Source: an uncultured delta proteobacterium
Lineage (GTDB): Bacteria > Desulfobacterota > Binatia > UBA9968
Assembly (NCBI GenBank): GCA_963745035.1
Contig: CAVUVW010000019.1
Location: forward strand, 64,001-128,000
Direction: 5' to 3'
DNA length: 64,000 nt
Shown here: in pieces, positions 31,271-42,079 of the stretch
Position numbering within the stretch: the stretch's first letter is position 1
Layout: every line of letters begins with the position of its first letter
Position numbers and translations under genes: made by a program
Notes under the pieces: model-generated
Databases searched by the model: none
What the model saw: only the letters and a program-made list of their open reading frames with translations
What the model was told of the DNA's origin: nothing

Positions 31271-32413
31271 CTACCGCACCGGCAAATCGTCCTCCTTCAA
31301 GTTAAACCACTTCCGCGCGTTCTCGCCCAGGACGTGGCGCAGTTTGTCTTCGGTCATGCCGGGGATTTTCTCGACTTCGCGCACGGAGTCGGGAAATTCG
31401 GAATCCCAGTGGCGGTAGTCCGACGCGTACATGACCTGGGTGATGCCGATATCGTCGAGGACGTAGGGTAGGATCGTTTCTTCTGGCTCGCAGGTGAACG
31501 CCACTTGCGGGCTTTTGATGATTTCCGAAGGCTTGCGTTTGAGTAGCGGCCACTGCGGGCGCAGCTTATGGAAGTGCTCGTCCATCCGTTCGGACCAGAA
31601 AGGTAGCCAGCCGCAGGCGCCTTCCATGAAGCCGACTTTCAATTTTGGATAGCGGTCGAAGACTCCCTCTCCGATGAGATGCATGAGCGCGATCATCAAT
31701 TCGAACGGGAAAGACGTCATGTGCACGTAGCTGTACTTTTCCATGCGCTCGCTGCCCGCGCCCATCACCCCCCAAACTCCGTACTGGCCGTCGTGCTCGG
31801 TTTGCGGGTGGACGGACAGCGGCATGCCGATCTCCTGCGCCGCGGCGTACACCGGGTCGAATATGCGATGGCCCAAGTTGATGCCGTAAACGTTGGTCGG
31901 CAGCATGGCGCTGACAATCGAGCGATGCTGGGCGAGATATTCCAATTCTTTAACCGCTAACGCCGGCTCCTGCACGGGAATAAGTCCCACTCCTTTCAAG
32001 CGCTTCGGATCGGGCGCGAGATATTCTTCGACCAGCCAGCGGTTGACGGCGTGGCAAATCACCGCCGCCAAGGGCTTGTCCGCCATGCCGTTGACCGACA
32101 ATGCGATGGCGGTGCCGAAGATGACGGCGATGTCGATGCCTTCTTCGTCCATGTCCGGCAAGCGTTTCAGCGGATCGGTCATCCCCGGGCGGCTGCGCTC
32201 GATATGCGCGGCAAAGACCTCGGCGCGATCCTCGCCACCGCCCCAGCGCCGCCTGCCGCCGAGCCGTCCCTCGATCATCAAGTGCGAATAGCCCGAGCTG
32301 TCGGTCACTCGACTGGGTGCCCGTTTGGCGAACTCCTTGGGCATCCACTTGGCCAGCTCGGTGTCCGGTTCGTTGCAGTGGCCGTCGGCGTCGATGACTA
32401 AATTTCTCGCCAT
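31271..32413 (-). CDS. Amidohydrolase_2 family protein
   Basis: IDADGH, DMDEEGID, YASDYRHWD. Confidence 0.9.
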   Translation of the reverse strand: MARNLVIDADGHCNEPDTELAKWMPKEFAKRAPSRVTDSSGYSHLMIEGRLGGRRRWGGGEDRAEVFAAHIERSRPGMTDPLKRLPDMDEEGIDIAVIFGTAIALSVNGMADKPLAAVICHAVNRWLVEEYLAPDPKRLKGVGLIPVQEPALAVKELEYLAQHRSIVSAMLPTNVYGINLGHRIFDPVYAAAQEIGMPLSVHPQTEHDGQYGVWGVMGAGSERMEKYSYVHMTSFPFELMIALMHLIGEGVFDRYPKLKVGFMEGACGWLPFWSERMDEHFHKLRPQWPLLKRKPSEIIKSPQVAFTCEPEETILPYVLDDIGITQVMYASDYRHWDSEFPDSVREVEKIPGMTEDKLRHVLGENARKWFNLKEDDLPVR

Positions 32414-32614
32414 GGTTCCTCCATTCGCGCGCGGGATTTGCTCTTTTCCTAGTCGGCTTGCGGGCGAATTGCAAGGTATCTCGTCGACGGCGGCGCGTGA
32501 TCGCCGTCACGGCTTACATCCAAGACGCAAATATGTTTCGGAGGAGGGGACTAGAAGAATGCGCGCTGAAACTTCGCCGCGCTGATCGGCGGGTGGTTTA
32601 CGAACTCACTTCCG

Positions 32615-33643
32615 TCAGCGACCGGCGGCGGGCGCGGTCGCGAGCTCAATCCCGAGCTTCGGGAGGCCGAAGCCGCAGCGCGCGCTCAAGAAGCGGTCGA
32701 AGTCCGCATCGGCCGCGAATTTGAAACGCACCGCGCCGCTCTGCTCCCAAAGCTCCTGCGGCTTCACCTCGCAGCGGTTGCAGGGCATGCCGTTGAGGCA
32801 AGTCTCGGGCGGCGTGCCGGTGGTGATCACCGCGACGGCGGCCGTTCGCGGATCGGCGCCGCGCGCGTCGGCGCGCACGACGACGCCTTTGCCGCGATAT
32901 TCGACGCTGGGAAACCGGCGCGCGCCGCGCTCGGGGTTGAGATCGACAGGCGCCTCGGAAAAAACTCCGGCGACGATCTCATGGGTCGCGGCGTCGAACT
33001 CCACTTCCTCGCCGGTGGGCAGGGTGACGATGTTGCGATTTTGCGAATTGACGATCGCCGGCAGATAAGCTCTCGGGAAAAACAGCATGACGCTGTTCAT
33101 CAATTCGCTCAGGCGGAACACGCGGTCGCGCGAGGGCGGCCAGTCGGAGACGAGCAGATGGATGTCCTGGCGGGCGCGTTCATCGAAACGAAATTGAAAG
33201 TCCCTGGTGAAGAACTGGTTCTTCACTGCGTCGCGGTGCGGCGGCAATATGCGGTTGCCGCCGTAGTTGGAGAATTCGAAGCCGACAAGCTTGCTGCCCT
33301 GGCGGGCGACGCGGTAGCGCCAAAAACTGTTTCGTGCCTCTCCCGCCGTCCTGATATTGAGCAGCGTGTTGTAATCGACCCGGCGCGCCGCCAAATCTTT
33401 CTCCGGCGCGGCGATCAGCGATTCCGGCAAAACCCGCGCGATCGTCGGCTGGGGAGGCTTGGCCGCGGCATCGGGCGGCAGCGGCTGCGCCGTCTCCGCC
33501 GTTGGCGACGGTTCCTTGGCCTGTTCCTCTGCCGGCCTTTCGGATGGCGCGGACGGGGATAGCGGCGTCGAGCGACACCCTGAAACGAGCATCGCCCACG
33601 CGAGGACGGCGCCTGCCGTCGATATAATGTTTGTTCTCATCAT
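32615..33643 (-). CDS. Hypothetical lipoprotein with Pro/Ala-rich linker
   Basis: VSGC lipobox; no recognised domain. Confidence 0.7.
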   Translation of the reverse strand: MMRTNIISTAGAVLAWAMLVSGCRSTPLSPSAPSERPAEEQAKEPSPTAETAQPLPPDAAAKPPQPTIARVLPESLIAAPEKDLAARRVDYNTLLNIRTAGEARNSFWRYRVARQGSKLVGFEFSNYGGNRILPPHRDAVKNQFFTRDFQFRFDERARQDIHLLVSDWPPSRDRVFRLSELMNSVMLFFPRAYLPAIVNSQNRNIVTLPTGEEVEFDAATHEIVAGVFSEAPVDLNPERGARRFPSVEYRGKGVVVRADARGADPRTAAVAVITTGTPPETCLNGMPCNRCEVKPQELWEQSGAVRFKFAADADFDRFLSARCGFGLPKLGIELATAPAAGR

Positions 33644-33805
33644 GTGAAATCCCGCGCGGCAAAGAGCATTGTGCCGTCTGACGCAGTGTAGCGCAACGTC
33701 CGTGCCGTGGAAGTTTTTGCCCGTTTCTCTCCGTGCGTTGAAAAAATGGCGCCGGGTCGTTCCGTGGCGGCGGCATAAAGAACGATTTGTGAACGGAAAG
33801 GCGGC

Positions 33806-34483
33806 TCAAGGCGCGCTGGGAGCGGATGGAGTGATTTTGCCGAGCTGATGGGCGAGTTGCCCGGCGGTAATGACTCCGGTCGCGGAGACCGGCAGGCCGG
33901 CGGTTTCGAGCGCGCGGGTTACCCAGGTATTGCAAGTGTTCAGCAAACTGAAATGAAGCGTCGAGGGGTAGAAGCGGCTGTAGCTGTACAGGCCGGCTTG
34001 CGCTTGCGCCCGCCCGCGATCGGGCGGGCGCGCAAAGCTTGCCGAGATAAAAGCGATCAGACGATCATAGGCGGGCGCCGACATGCGCATCTCGACGACT
34101 TCCGCTTTCGGGTAGAACCCACGCACATCGCCGTCGAAGCCGACCAGATGAAGCACGCTGCCGCTCGACCAGAACGCCGCTTTCAGAGCCATGAAAAAAC
34201 CGGAATCCGGATTGGGAAAATAATCCTTGTCGCCCCAACTCAATTCGACGAAGCGGGCGCTCGGGAGGTCAGCGATCTCCGGCAGCGCCGCCCTCGCAAG
34301 ATCCTCCTTGCTCAGCACAATACCGGCGTGCCAGGAGTCGTGCACGATGAAAACCAGCGGGCAGCGCGCCTCCTGGGAGGCACAGCGCCAAGCTTCGGCC
34401 GTATGGGTTTGGCCGGCGCAGCCGGCGAGGCAGAAAAGGAGTCCGCTAGCGAGGAAACGCTTGACGAGGAGGACTGCGTTCAT
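33806..34483 (-). CDS. DUF2459-like lipoprotein
   Basis: LAGC lipobox; WHAGIV, WGDKDYF, NTCNTW motifs. Confidence 0.8.
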   Translation of the reverse strand: MNAVLLVKRFLASGLLFCLAGCAGQTHTAEAWRCASQEARCPLVFIVHDSWHAGIVLSKEDLARAALPEIADLPSARFVELSWGDKDYFPNPDSGFFMALKAAFWSSGSVLHLVGFDGDVRGFYPKAEVVEMRMSAPAYDRLIAFISASFARPPDRGRAQAQAGLYSYSRFYPSTLHFSLLNTCNTWVTRALETAGLPVSATGVITAGQLAHQLGKITPSAPSAP

Positions 34484-34529
34484 GGAGGCAACGACTTCGA
34501 TCCGAAAAGAAATCCGCGCAACGCAGGAG

Positions 34530-36026
34530 TCAGGACGAGCGCTGCGGCCGGTTCGTTCGCTCCATGCGCAGGTGCAGGCCGGCGCGCGCGATATAGACAC
34601 TCGCCGGCGTTTTGCGTTTGGCCAACTGCTCGATCAGGAGCAGCAGCGGCGTGGACGAGCTCGCGTAGTCCGCGGGCGCGCCGGCGGCGCGCAGCGCGGC
34701 GACGGCCTCCTCGCCGGCGAAGTAGCGCAGCAACAGCTCGTCGTCGTTCACGCCGGGACCGCCGAAGTTAGCGCGAAAGTCTTTGAGCGACATTTCCGGG
34801 GGCTTTAACCGAGCAAGCTCCTTGGCGCGCGGGCTGCTCAGGAGCCGGTCTTTCAAATTGGCGTCGATCGATTGCGCTTCTTCTTCGCCCCAAAAGCCGA
34901 GCGCGTAAAGCAGCACTTCGTCGGTGACCTCTTTGTAGCGTTCACCCACCATGACGTTGATGGCCGCCTGCACGCCGAAAAACTGCGAGTAGGGCGTCAC
35001 CATGATCGGGTAGCCGAACTCGGCGCGCACGCGCGACACTTCTTCGAGAACCGCGGGCAATTGATCGAGCTTGCCGAGATTGCCGAGCTGAAAACGAAAA
35101 TTGGAGATCATCCCGCCCGGTACCTGATGCAGTGGATGAAAGGCGTCGTATTCGAGCGGTTTGCCGACCGGCAGGTTCTCCCGCTTGGCGACGGCGGTGA
35201 AATGGTCGCGCACGGGCTTGAGGACTTCCTCGTCGATTCGGGTTTGATAACCGAGCGCCCGGGCGTTCATGGCGACGTTGAAAATGGACGGATTGGACGA
35301 GCCGTCGGCGAGCGGGGGAATCGCGGTGTTGATCGACTTGATGCCGAGCTGGATCGCTTCCAGGCAGCAAAGCGGGCCGAGGCCAGTGTTGCAGTGGGTG
35401 TGAAACTCCACCGGCTTCCCTTTCGCTTCGCGCAAGATCAACGGAACTAGCCGGCGTGTCGCTTCAGGCGTGAGCAAGCCGCCGGGGTCTTTGAAACAAA
35501 TCCGCGCCACGTCGAGCTTGGCGGCTTCCCGCGCGCGCTCGACGAAATATTCGTCTGTATGCTTCGGCGAGATCGAGTAGATAATATTCAGAATCGTCTT
35601 CAACCCAACGCGCTTGGCTGCCGTGACCGCCTCGCGCCAGTAAGACGGGGTATTCGACGGATCCGAAGTACGCAGCTCGTCGATGCCGTTGGCGGCAAGA
35701 CGCTCTAGCCAGAGATCGGCGATGGCGGGCGGCGTGATCTGAAAGGCGAGCATGGAGCGGCTGCGGATCGAGCGCAGGGGCGTGTTGCGCATGCGTTTTT
35801 TTAGCAGGCGAATGCGCTCCCACGGGTCGTCTTTCAGATCGCGCACGCATTTTTTATAGAAGGCCGACGACATGATCTCGGCCGCTTCGAAGCCGGCCCG
35901 GTCGATGTGCTCCGCGATCGGCAGCATCATGCCGGTACGCATGTTGGATGCCCACAGGCTCAGGTGGCCGTCGCGCAAGGTGGTATCGACGAAGAAGACG
36001 TCGCGGTTTGGCTGGCTGTCGGTCAT
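34530..36026 (-). CDS. Pyruvate carboxylase subunit B / oxaloacetate decarboxylase alpha-like carboxyltransferase (no biotinyl domain)
   Basis: DTTLRDGH, CFKDPGGLL, FHTHCNTG, HQVPGGMISN, GYPIMVTPYSQ. Confidence 0.87.
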   Translation of the reverse strand: MTDSQPNRDVFFVDTTLRDGHLSLWASNMRTGMMLPIAEHIDRAGFEAAEIMSSAFYKKCVRDLKDDPWERIRLLKKRMRNTPLRSIRSRSMLAFQITPPAIADLWLERLAANGIDELRTSDPSNTPSYWREAVTAAKRVGLKTILNIIYSISPKHTDEYFVERAREAAKLDVARICFKDPGGLLTPEATRRLVPLILREAKGKPVEFHTHCNTGLGPLCCLEAIQLGIKSINTAIPPLADGSSNPSIFNVAMNARALGYQTRIDEEVLKPVRDHFTAVAKRENLPVGKPLEYDAFHPLHQVPGGMISNFRFQLGNLGKLDQLPAVLEEVSRVRAEFGYPIMVTPYSQFFGVQAAINVMVGERYKEVTDEVLLYALGFWGEEEAQSIDANLKDRLLSSPRAKELARLKPPEMSLKDFRANFGGPGVNDDELLLRYFAGEEAVAALRAAGAPADYASSSTPLLLLIEQLAKRKTPASVYIARAGLHLRMERTNRPQRSS

Positions 36027-36040
36027 GGTTCTCTCAGGAT

Positions 36041-36114
36041 TGGAGTAATGGAGTATTGGAGTGCTGGGTTCCGGAACCCCAATACTCCATCACTCCAGTA
36101 CTCCAACACTCCAA
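36041..36114. repeat. Palindromic element of 8-bp units (TGGAGTRN)n..(NYACTCCA)n
   Basis: TGGAGTAA TGGAGTAT TGGAGTGC .. AATACTCCA TCACTCCA GTACTCCA ACACTCCA. Confidence 0.85.
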
Positions 36115-36118
36115 CTTC

Positions 36119-36466
36119 TCAGTCGCGCTTCTTAGCTTCCTCCAGATCCACGTACACTCGCACCCAGTCGTGCGGCGTAGCAGTGTGGCCCTGGCCGGTG
36201 GTGTCTTCGGCGAGCAACACGTCGCCGGGATGGAAGGTCATGCGGCTACCGTCGCCAATGCCGATGTCGACGCTGCCCGATAGAGTGATCACCCAGCGCC
36301 GGTGAGGCGCGCAGTGGTAGTTGACGATGTGCGGCGCGAAGTCGTTTCTAAATAGATATCCCTTAGCGTCGCACGTCTTGTTGAAGAACTCCGAAGTCTT
36401 GCTCGCATCGAGCGCTTCGAAATGTGACTGGCCGTCGTCGCCAGAATATAGCCTGTAGAATTGCAC
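36119..36466 (-). CDS. Small cupin-fold protein
   Basis: YRLYSGDDGQSHFE, HCAPHRRWVITLSG, AEDTTGQGH. Confidence 0.8.
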   Translation of the reverse strand: MQFYRLYSGDDGQSHFEALDASKTSEFFNKTCDAKGYLFRNDFAPHIVNYHCAPHRRWVITLSGSVDIGIGDGSRMTFHPGDVLLAEDTTGQGHTATPHDWVRVYVDLEEAKKRD

Positions 36467-36514
36467 GTCTCCCTCCACGTAATTGGCGCGATAAATTCCA
36501 GCGCGCGAACGCCG

Positions 36515-37999
36515 CTAAAGCGGCGTCACGCTCGACGGCGGCTTGCGGTGCCGCGTCGCCTGCTCGTAGGCGTATGCAAACTTGATCATGTTGGCGTCGT
36601 CATAGGGCCGGCCGAGAAAGGTGATGCCAGCCGGCAATCGATCCCGGGTGTACCCGGCCGGCACGACGATCGACGGAACATAAACCAAAAAAGTATTGAT
36701 GTGCGGCGCGCCTTTTTGGTCCACGAAGGGCGGGTTGAGGCCGTCCTTGATCAAGGTCGGTTGGTGCTCCACGGCCTTGTGCACGATCGCGTCAAGCTTC
36801 TTGTCGGCCATGAGTTGCAGCAGATTCGTCATCAGCTCTTCGCGCGCTTTCAGATACTCGTAATGGGCCTCTTCGGTCGGAGTTTTGAGCCAGCGGTCGC
36901 GCGCGCGCTTTTGCACTTTCTGAAATTCCGGCGTGGCCATCGCTTCCTGTCGCGAGCGGTAGGGCGGCTGCTTGCTCCGGTTAAGCCACTGCAGGAAGGC
37001 TTCGTCTTCATCGCGCGCATTGGTCGCGCGTTTCGCGAGCAGCGCGTTGAGTCCGGGAAGCGCGACCGGGTCGATGATCTCAGCGCCGGCGCTTTTCAGG
37101 TCGGCGACGGCTTTGTCGAATACTTCGGTGATCTTGCCGAAATCCTCGGAGCCTGGCTCGGCGTCGTAGCCCATGGATTCGCGCAGTATGCCGATGCGCT
37201 TGCCTTTGAGGCCGTCCTTATCGAGAAACTTGGTGAAGCTTTCGCGCATGCGGTCGACGCCGCGCGCAGTAACGGGGTCATCGGGATCGTAGCCGGCCAT
37301 CACATCGAGGAGCTTGGCCAGATCCGTCACCGTGCGCGCCATCGGTCCGAGCGAGCCGTTGACGGAAGGCCAGCCGGCGTAGACTCCGGAGCGGCTGACC
37401 AAACCCGCCGTCGGACGCATGCCCGCGACCGAATTCCACGTCGACGGGCGGCGGATCGAAGCGAATCCTTCCTGTCCCACCGCGACGGTGCAAAAATTCG
37501 CCGACACGCTCGCGCCCGAGCCGCCGGAAGAGCCGCCGGCCGTGCGCTCGATGTCGTAGGGATTTTTCGTCGAGCCGAAGAGCGAGCCGTGGGTGTCGCC
37601 GCCACCGAGCTCGCCGAGAGTCGCCTTGGCGAGAATGACGGCGCCGGCTTTCTTGAGCTTGTCGACGACGAACGCGTCGCGGTCGGGATAGTAATTCTTG
37701 AACAGCACCGAGCCCAGGGTGGTCGGCATGCCGGCGGCGTCGCACTGGTCTTTGACGATGATCGGAATACCGTGCAGCGGCCCGACCGGGCCGGCAGATT
37801 TAAAGGCGGCGTCGAGCCGGTCCGCTTCCTCGAGCGCTTTGGAATTGACGCTGATGATGGCGTTGATCGCCGGACCGTCTTTGTCGAACGCTTCGATCCG
37901 GTCAAGGTACATTTGAACGAGTTGGCGGCAAGTCAGATCGCCGGATCTATAAGCCGCATGCACGTCGGCAATGGTGGTTTCGATCAAATTGAAGCTCAT
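36515..37999 (-). CDS. Amidase signature family protein
   Basis: GPLHGIPIIVKD, GGSSGGSG, ASIRRP. Confidence 0.92.
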   Translation of the reverse strand: MSFNLIETTIADVHAAYRSGDLTCRQLVQMYLDRIEAFDKDGPAINAIISVNSKALEEADRLDAAFKSAGPVGPLHGIPIIVKDQCDAAGMPTTLGSVLFKNYYPDRDAFVVDKLKKAGAVILAKATLGELGGGDTHGSLFGSTKNPYDIERTAGGSSGGSGASVSANFCTVAVGQEGFASIRRPSTWNSVAGMRPTAGLVSRSGVYAGWPSVNGSLGPMARTVTDLAKLLDVMAGYDPDDPVTARGVDRMRESFTKFLDKDGLKGKRIGILRESMGYDAEPGSEDFGKITEVFDKAVADLKSAGAEIIDPVALPGLNALLAKRATNARDEDEAFLQWLNRSKQPPYRSRQEAMATPEFQKVQKRARDRWLKTPTEEAHYEYLKAREELMTNLLQLMADKKLDAIVHKAVEHQPTLIKDGLNPPFVDQKGAPHINTFLVYVPSIVVPAGYTRDRLPAGITFLGRPYDDANMIKFAYAYEQATRHRKPPSSVTPL

Positions 38000-38258
38000 A
38001 AACAACCTCCGGATATTTCGTTTAACTACTTGAGCACGGGGGAAATGTCCAGACAGCGGTCGGCGCGACGCGATATAATTGGGTCCAGAGTTCGGCTGGA
38101 ATTCCCACTAAAAGCATGCGGGAATGGCGGCAGAAGAATTCACCCAGGCTCCGCAAGCTGCGGAGCATTAGCTTTTGGCGATTATGATAGTGACTTTGGT
38201 GGCAGGCGATGAAAAGCGCTCCGCCGGAAATGACGGGACTAACTTCCAGTCGAAAAAT

Positions 38259-39140
38259 TCAGTTCTTCTCGGTATCCACCGCTAGATACTCCCGCTCGAT
38301 TTTCTGCCAGTCGTCGAGCCCGACTACGCGATCGCGCTCTTTGAACGTGGTGAGCGAAGCATCAATGGATTCCGTTGTGCCTTCGCGCTTGAGCGTCGCC
38401 AGGGCGTTGCGCATGGCGTGGATGCCGGCGCGCTGCGTTTCCGAAGGGTAGATCGCGATGCGGTAGCCCATTTTCTCCAGACGCTCCGCCGGCAGCATCG
38501 GCGTCTTGCCGCCTTTGAAAACATTCACGAGTAGGGGAATACCAGGTATGCGGCGCGGAATCTCCGCCAGCTCTTCCTCCGATTGCGGCGCTTCGACGAA
38601 GATCGCATCGACGCCGAGCTTGGCGAAAGCTTTGGCTCGGTTGATCGCGTCATCCATGCCGTGGACGGCGCGCGCGTCGGTGCGCGCGATGATGCAAAAA
38701 TCCCGGTCGGTGCGGGCCGCCAAGGCGGCAGCTATTTTTTGCTCGATCTCGGGCAGGGAAACAACTTCCTTGCCGTCCAGATGGCCGCAGCGTTTGGGCG
38801 TGACCTGGTCTTCGATATGGATTGCCGCCACCCCGATACGCTCGAACTCGCGCACCGTGCGCACCAGGTTGACGGCGTTGCCGTAGCCGGTGTCGGCATC
38901 GGCGATGATAGGAATTTTGATCGCCGAGACTACCTGGGCGGCGCGCTCGATCGCCTCCGACATGGTGACGAGGCCGATATCCGGGATGCCCATGCTGCGC
39001 GCCACCGCGCCGCCGCTCAGATAGGCGGCTTCGAAGCCCGCTTCTTCGACCAGGCGGGCGGACAGGCCGTCGAAACATCCCGGGGCGACCAGCAGCTTGT
39101 CGCGCTGCAGCAGCTTTTTTAAAGTTTGGCGCGGGCTCAT
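38259..39140 (-). CDS. prpB: 2-methylisocitrate lyase (ICL/PEP mutase family)
   Basis: DADTGYG, IEDQ..KRCGH, IARTDA; operon with prpC/prpD. Confidence 0.78.
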   Translation of the reverse strand: MSPRQTLKKLLQRDKLLVAPGCFDGLSARLVEEAGFEAAYLSGGAVARSMGIPDIGLVTMSEAIERAAQVVSAIKIPIIADADTGYGNAVNLVRTVREFERIGVAAIHIEDQVTPKRCGHLDGKEVVSLPEIEQKIAAALAARTDRDFCIIARTDARAVHGMDDAINRAKAFAKLGVDAIFVEAPQSEEELAEIPRRIPGIPLLVNVFKGGKTPMLPAERLEKMGYRIAIYPSETQRAGIHAMRNALATLKREGTTESIDASLTTFKERDRVVGLDDWQKIEREYLAVDTEKN

Positions 39141-39231
39141 AGATCACCTCAGATTAGTTCAAGTAGATTCTCATTTAGCGTCGCGCGGGGCTAGCGTCTC
39201 GGAGGTAATCCAAGACGCCGAACGCGAGACC

Positions 39232-40668
39232 CTAAACTCTTTTGGCGAACATATCGGTAAATTTATCTACGGCGGTTGCGTCGAGCGCCGCCGGATTCGT
39301 GCAGAGGCGCCAGATCGCCGCGCACTGCTCCGGCGCGAAGCGCGATACCAGATTGGCTTCGAATTTCTTCATCAGCAGCGGCATGCCCTCGGCGCGCCGG
39401 CGGCGGTGGCCGATGGGATATTCGACGGTGACCTTGTCTGTGCTCGATCCGTCCTTGAAAAACGCCTGCACGGCGTTGGCGATGGAGCGCTTGTCGGGAT
39501 CGAGATAGTCTTCGGTGTATTGGGGATTTTCGACACAGACCATCTTGTCGCGCAGGGTGTCGATGCGGGGATCTTTCGCAATCGCTTCTTCGTAATGATC
39601 CGCCGTGAGATCGCCGAAGATCAACCCGATGGCCGTCATATACTGGATGCAATGATCGCGGTCGGCCGGATTGTGCAATGGGCCGGTTTTGTCGATGATG
39701 CGGATCGCCGATTCGTGCGTGGTAATGACGATCTTTTCCACATCATTCAAGCGATCCTTTACGTTATCGTGGAGCTGGATGGCGCATTCGACCGCGGTCT
39801 GCGCGTGGAACTCGGCCGGGAACGATATCTTGAAGAGCACGTTCTCCATCACGTAAGAGCCGAAGGGTCTTCCCAGTGAAAACGGTTTGCCGCGGAAAAG
39901 AACGTCGTAGTAGCCCCATCCCTTGGCCGTAAGCGCGGACGGATAACCCATTTCGCCTTGGATGGCCATCAGCGCCAGACGCACGCCGCGGCTCGTGGCG
40001 TCGCCGGCTGCCCAGGACTTTCGCGGTCCGGTGTTGGGGGTGTGGCGATACACGCGCAGCGCGCCGCCGTCGGTCCAGGCGTTGGAAAGCGCGCTGATGA
40101 TTTTTTCCTTGTCGCCGCCGAGCATGGCCGTGGCGACGGCGCTGGTCGCCACGCGTACCAGCAGAACATGATCCAAACCGACGCGGTTGTAACTGTTCTC
40201 CAGCGCGAGAACGCCTTGGATCTCGTGCGCCTTGATCATTGCCTGCAAAATATCGCCGACGGTGAAGGTTCTCTGCCGGGCGCGAGTCAGATAGTCGGCA
40301 AGAGCGAGAATGCCGCCGAGGTTGTCCGACGGATGGCCCCATTCGGCGGCGAGCCAAGTGTCGTTGAAATCGAGCCAGCGGATCATCGCGCCGATGTTGA
40401 AGGCGGCGTGCACCGGCTCGAGCTGCCAGTCGGTGCCGGGAATGCGCGCGCCGTTCGCCAACGTCGCGCCGGGAACGACCGGCCCCAGGTGTTTCACGCA
40501 CTCGGGATAACGGAGCGCGAGCAGCCCGCAGCCGAGGGTATCCAAAAGATTGTAGCGCGCCGTGTCGATGGCCTCGCGGTTGTCGGAGAGGAAATTCGCG
40601 GCATACTCCGCGATTTCGACGAGGATCTTGTCCGGCTTGGGACGGACGTTGGAAACGAATGCGCTCAT
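39232..40668 (-). CDS. prpD: 2-methylcitrate dehydratase
   Basis: [43 protein letters not shown]. Confidence 0.96.
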   Translation of the reverse strand: MSAFVSNVRPKPDKILVEIAEYAANFLSDNREAIDTARYNLLDTLGCGLLALRYPECVKHLGPVVPGATLANGARIPGTDWQLEPVHAAFNIGAMIRWLDFNDTWLAAEWGHPSDNLGGILALADYLTRARQRTFTVGDILQAMIKAHEIQGVLALENSYNRVGLDHVLLVRVATSAVATAMLGGDKEKIISALSNAWTDGGALRVYRHTPNTGPRKSWAAGDATSRGVRLALMAIQGEMGYPSALTAKGWGYYDVLFRGKPFSLGRPFGSYVMENVLFKISFPAEFHAQTAVECAIQLHDNVKDRLNDVEKIVITTHESAIRIIDKTGPLHNPADRDHCIQYMTAIGLIFGDLTADHYEEAIAKDPRIDTLRDKMVCVENPQYTEDYLDPDKRSIANAVQAFFKDGSSTDKVTVEYPIGHRRRRAEGMPLLMKKFEANLVSRFAPEQCAAIWRLCTNPAALDATAVDKFTDMFAKRV

Positions 40669-40686
40669 GCTTGCCTCAGAATAGGA

Positions 40687-40768
40687 TTCAAGAGTTCAAG
40701 GTTCAAAGGTTCCATGTTCAACGTCCGAATCCCCCCTTGAACCTTTGAACGGTTGAACCCTTGAACGG
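40687..40768. repeat. GTTCAA/TTGAAC palindromic tandem-unit element inside the prp operon
   Basis: (GTTCAA..)x4-5 then (TTGAAC..)x4. Confidence 0.75.
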
Positions 40769-40770
40769 TC

Positions 40771-41890
40771 CTATCGTTTCGAAATCGGCGTAAACGGCCG
40801 CGGATCGGGTCCGACATAGTCGGCATTGGGTCGGATCAAGCGATTGTCGGCGCGCTGCTCGATAATGTGCGCCGCCCAGCCGGTGATGCGCGAAATGACA
40901 AAGAGCGGTGTGAACATCGCGGTCGGAATGCCGCAAAAGTGATAGGCGCTGGCGCTGTAAAAATCCAGATTGGGGAACATCTTTTTCTCACGACGCATGA
41001 CTTGCTCGATGCGCTCGGAGACCGGAAACAGGCGTCTGTCGTCAATCGCTTTGCTGAGGTTCTTGGACCAAGCCTTGATGACGTCCGAACGCGGGTCTGA
41101 AATTTTATAAACTCGATGGCCGAAACCCATGATGAGCTTTTTCGCGGCGAGCATTTCGAGCAGCCCCTTCTCCGCTTCATCGGCGTTTGCAAACCGTTCG
41201 ATCAGCTCCATCGCGGCTTCGTTGGCGCCGCCGTGCAGCGGGCCGCGCAGCGCGCCGATGCCGCCGGTGACGGCGGAGTAGAAGTCCGGCAAAGTGGAGA
41301 TGATCGTGCGCGCCGTGAACGTGGAGGCGTTGAACTCATGCTCGGCGTAAAGAATCAGCGACACGTCGATGGCGCGCCGGTGCAGCTCGTCGGGCTTTTT
41401 GCCGTGCAGCAAGTGCAACAAATGGCCGGCGGTGCTTTCGTCGTCGGTCTCGGTGTCGATGCGCCGGCCGTTTTCATGAAAATGGTGCCAGTAAAAAAGC
41501 ATCGCGCTGAAACAGGCGGTCAGGCGATTGGCCACCGCGATTTGATCGTGCCCCGGGCCTTCGGGCTCCAAGCGTGCCGAGCATCGAGCAGCCGGTGCGC
41601 ATCACGTCCATCGGATGGGTGCTGCGCGGAATCAGTTCGAGAACCGTTTTCAACGGCGCGGGCAGGCCGCGCAGGGCGCGCAGCTTGGTTTTGTACTCAT
41701 CGAGCTCGGCTTGCTTGGGCAGAGCACCGTAGATCAGCAGATAGGCGACTTCTTCGAACGTGGAATGTTCCGCCAGATCGTGGATCGAGTAGCCGCGATA
41801 GGTGAGTCCTTTGCCTTCTTTCCCCACCGTCGCGATCCCTGTGTGGCCGGCAATAATGCCGGCGAGTCCGGCGCCTGCTTCTGTTGCCAT
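40771..41890 (-). CDS. prpC: 2-methylcitrate synthase (frameshift at about 41570)
   Basis: [49 protein letters not shown] split over two frames. Confidence 0.9.
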
Positions 41891-42079
41891 ACTGTATTTC
41901 CTCCAAAGCCTATTTGCACCGAATGTGACGGCTATTGCAAGTATCGGGCGCCTCAGGACGCGGTTAAAGCTTTCAGGTCAACGTGCAATGCTCCATCAAG
42001 TCCACGCAGCTCTTGACAGTTTGCCTGGACATTGGATACCGCTGAATGAAGAATTTCCCAGAAGATTAGGAGTGAGCCG

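Noticed and set aside
38036-38240. ncRNA or IS remnant between the amidase and prpB
   Set aside because: Only degenerate REP-like pieces (GGAATTCCC..GGGAAT, GCTCCGCAAGCTGCGGAGC); too little to define a feature.
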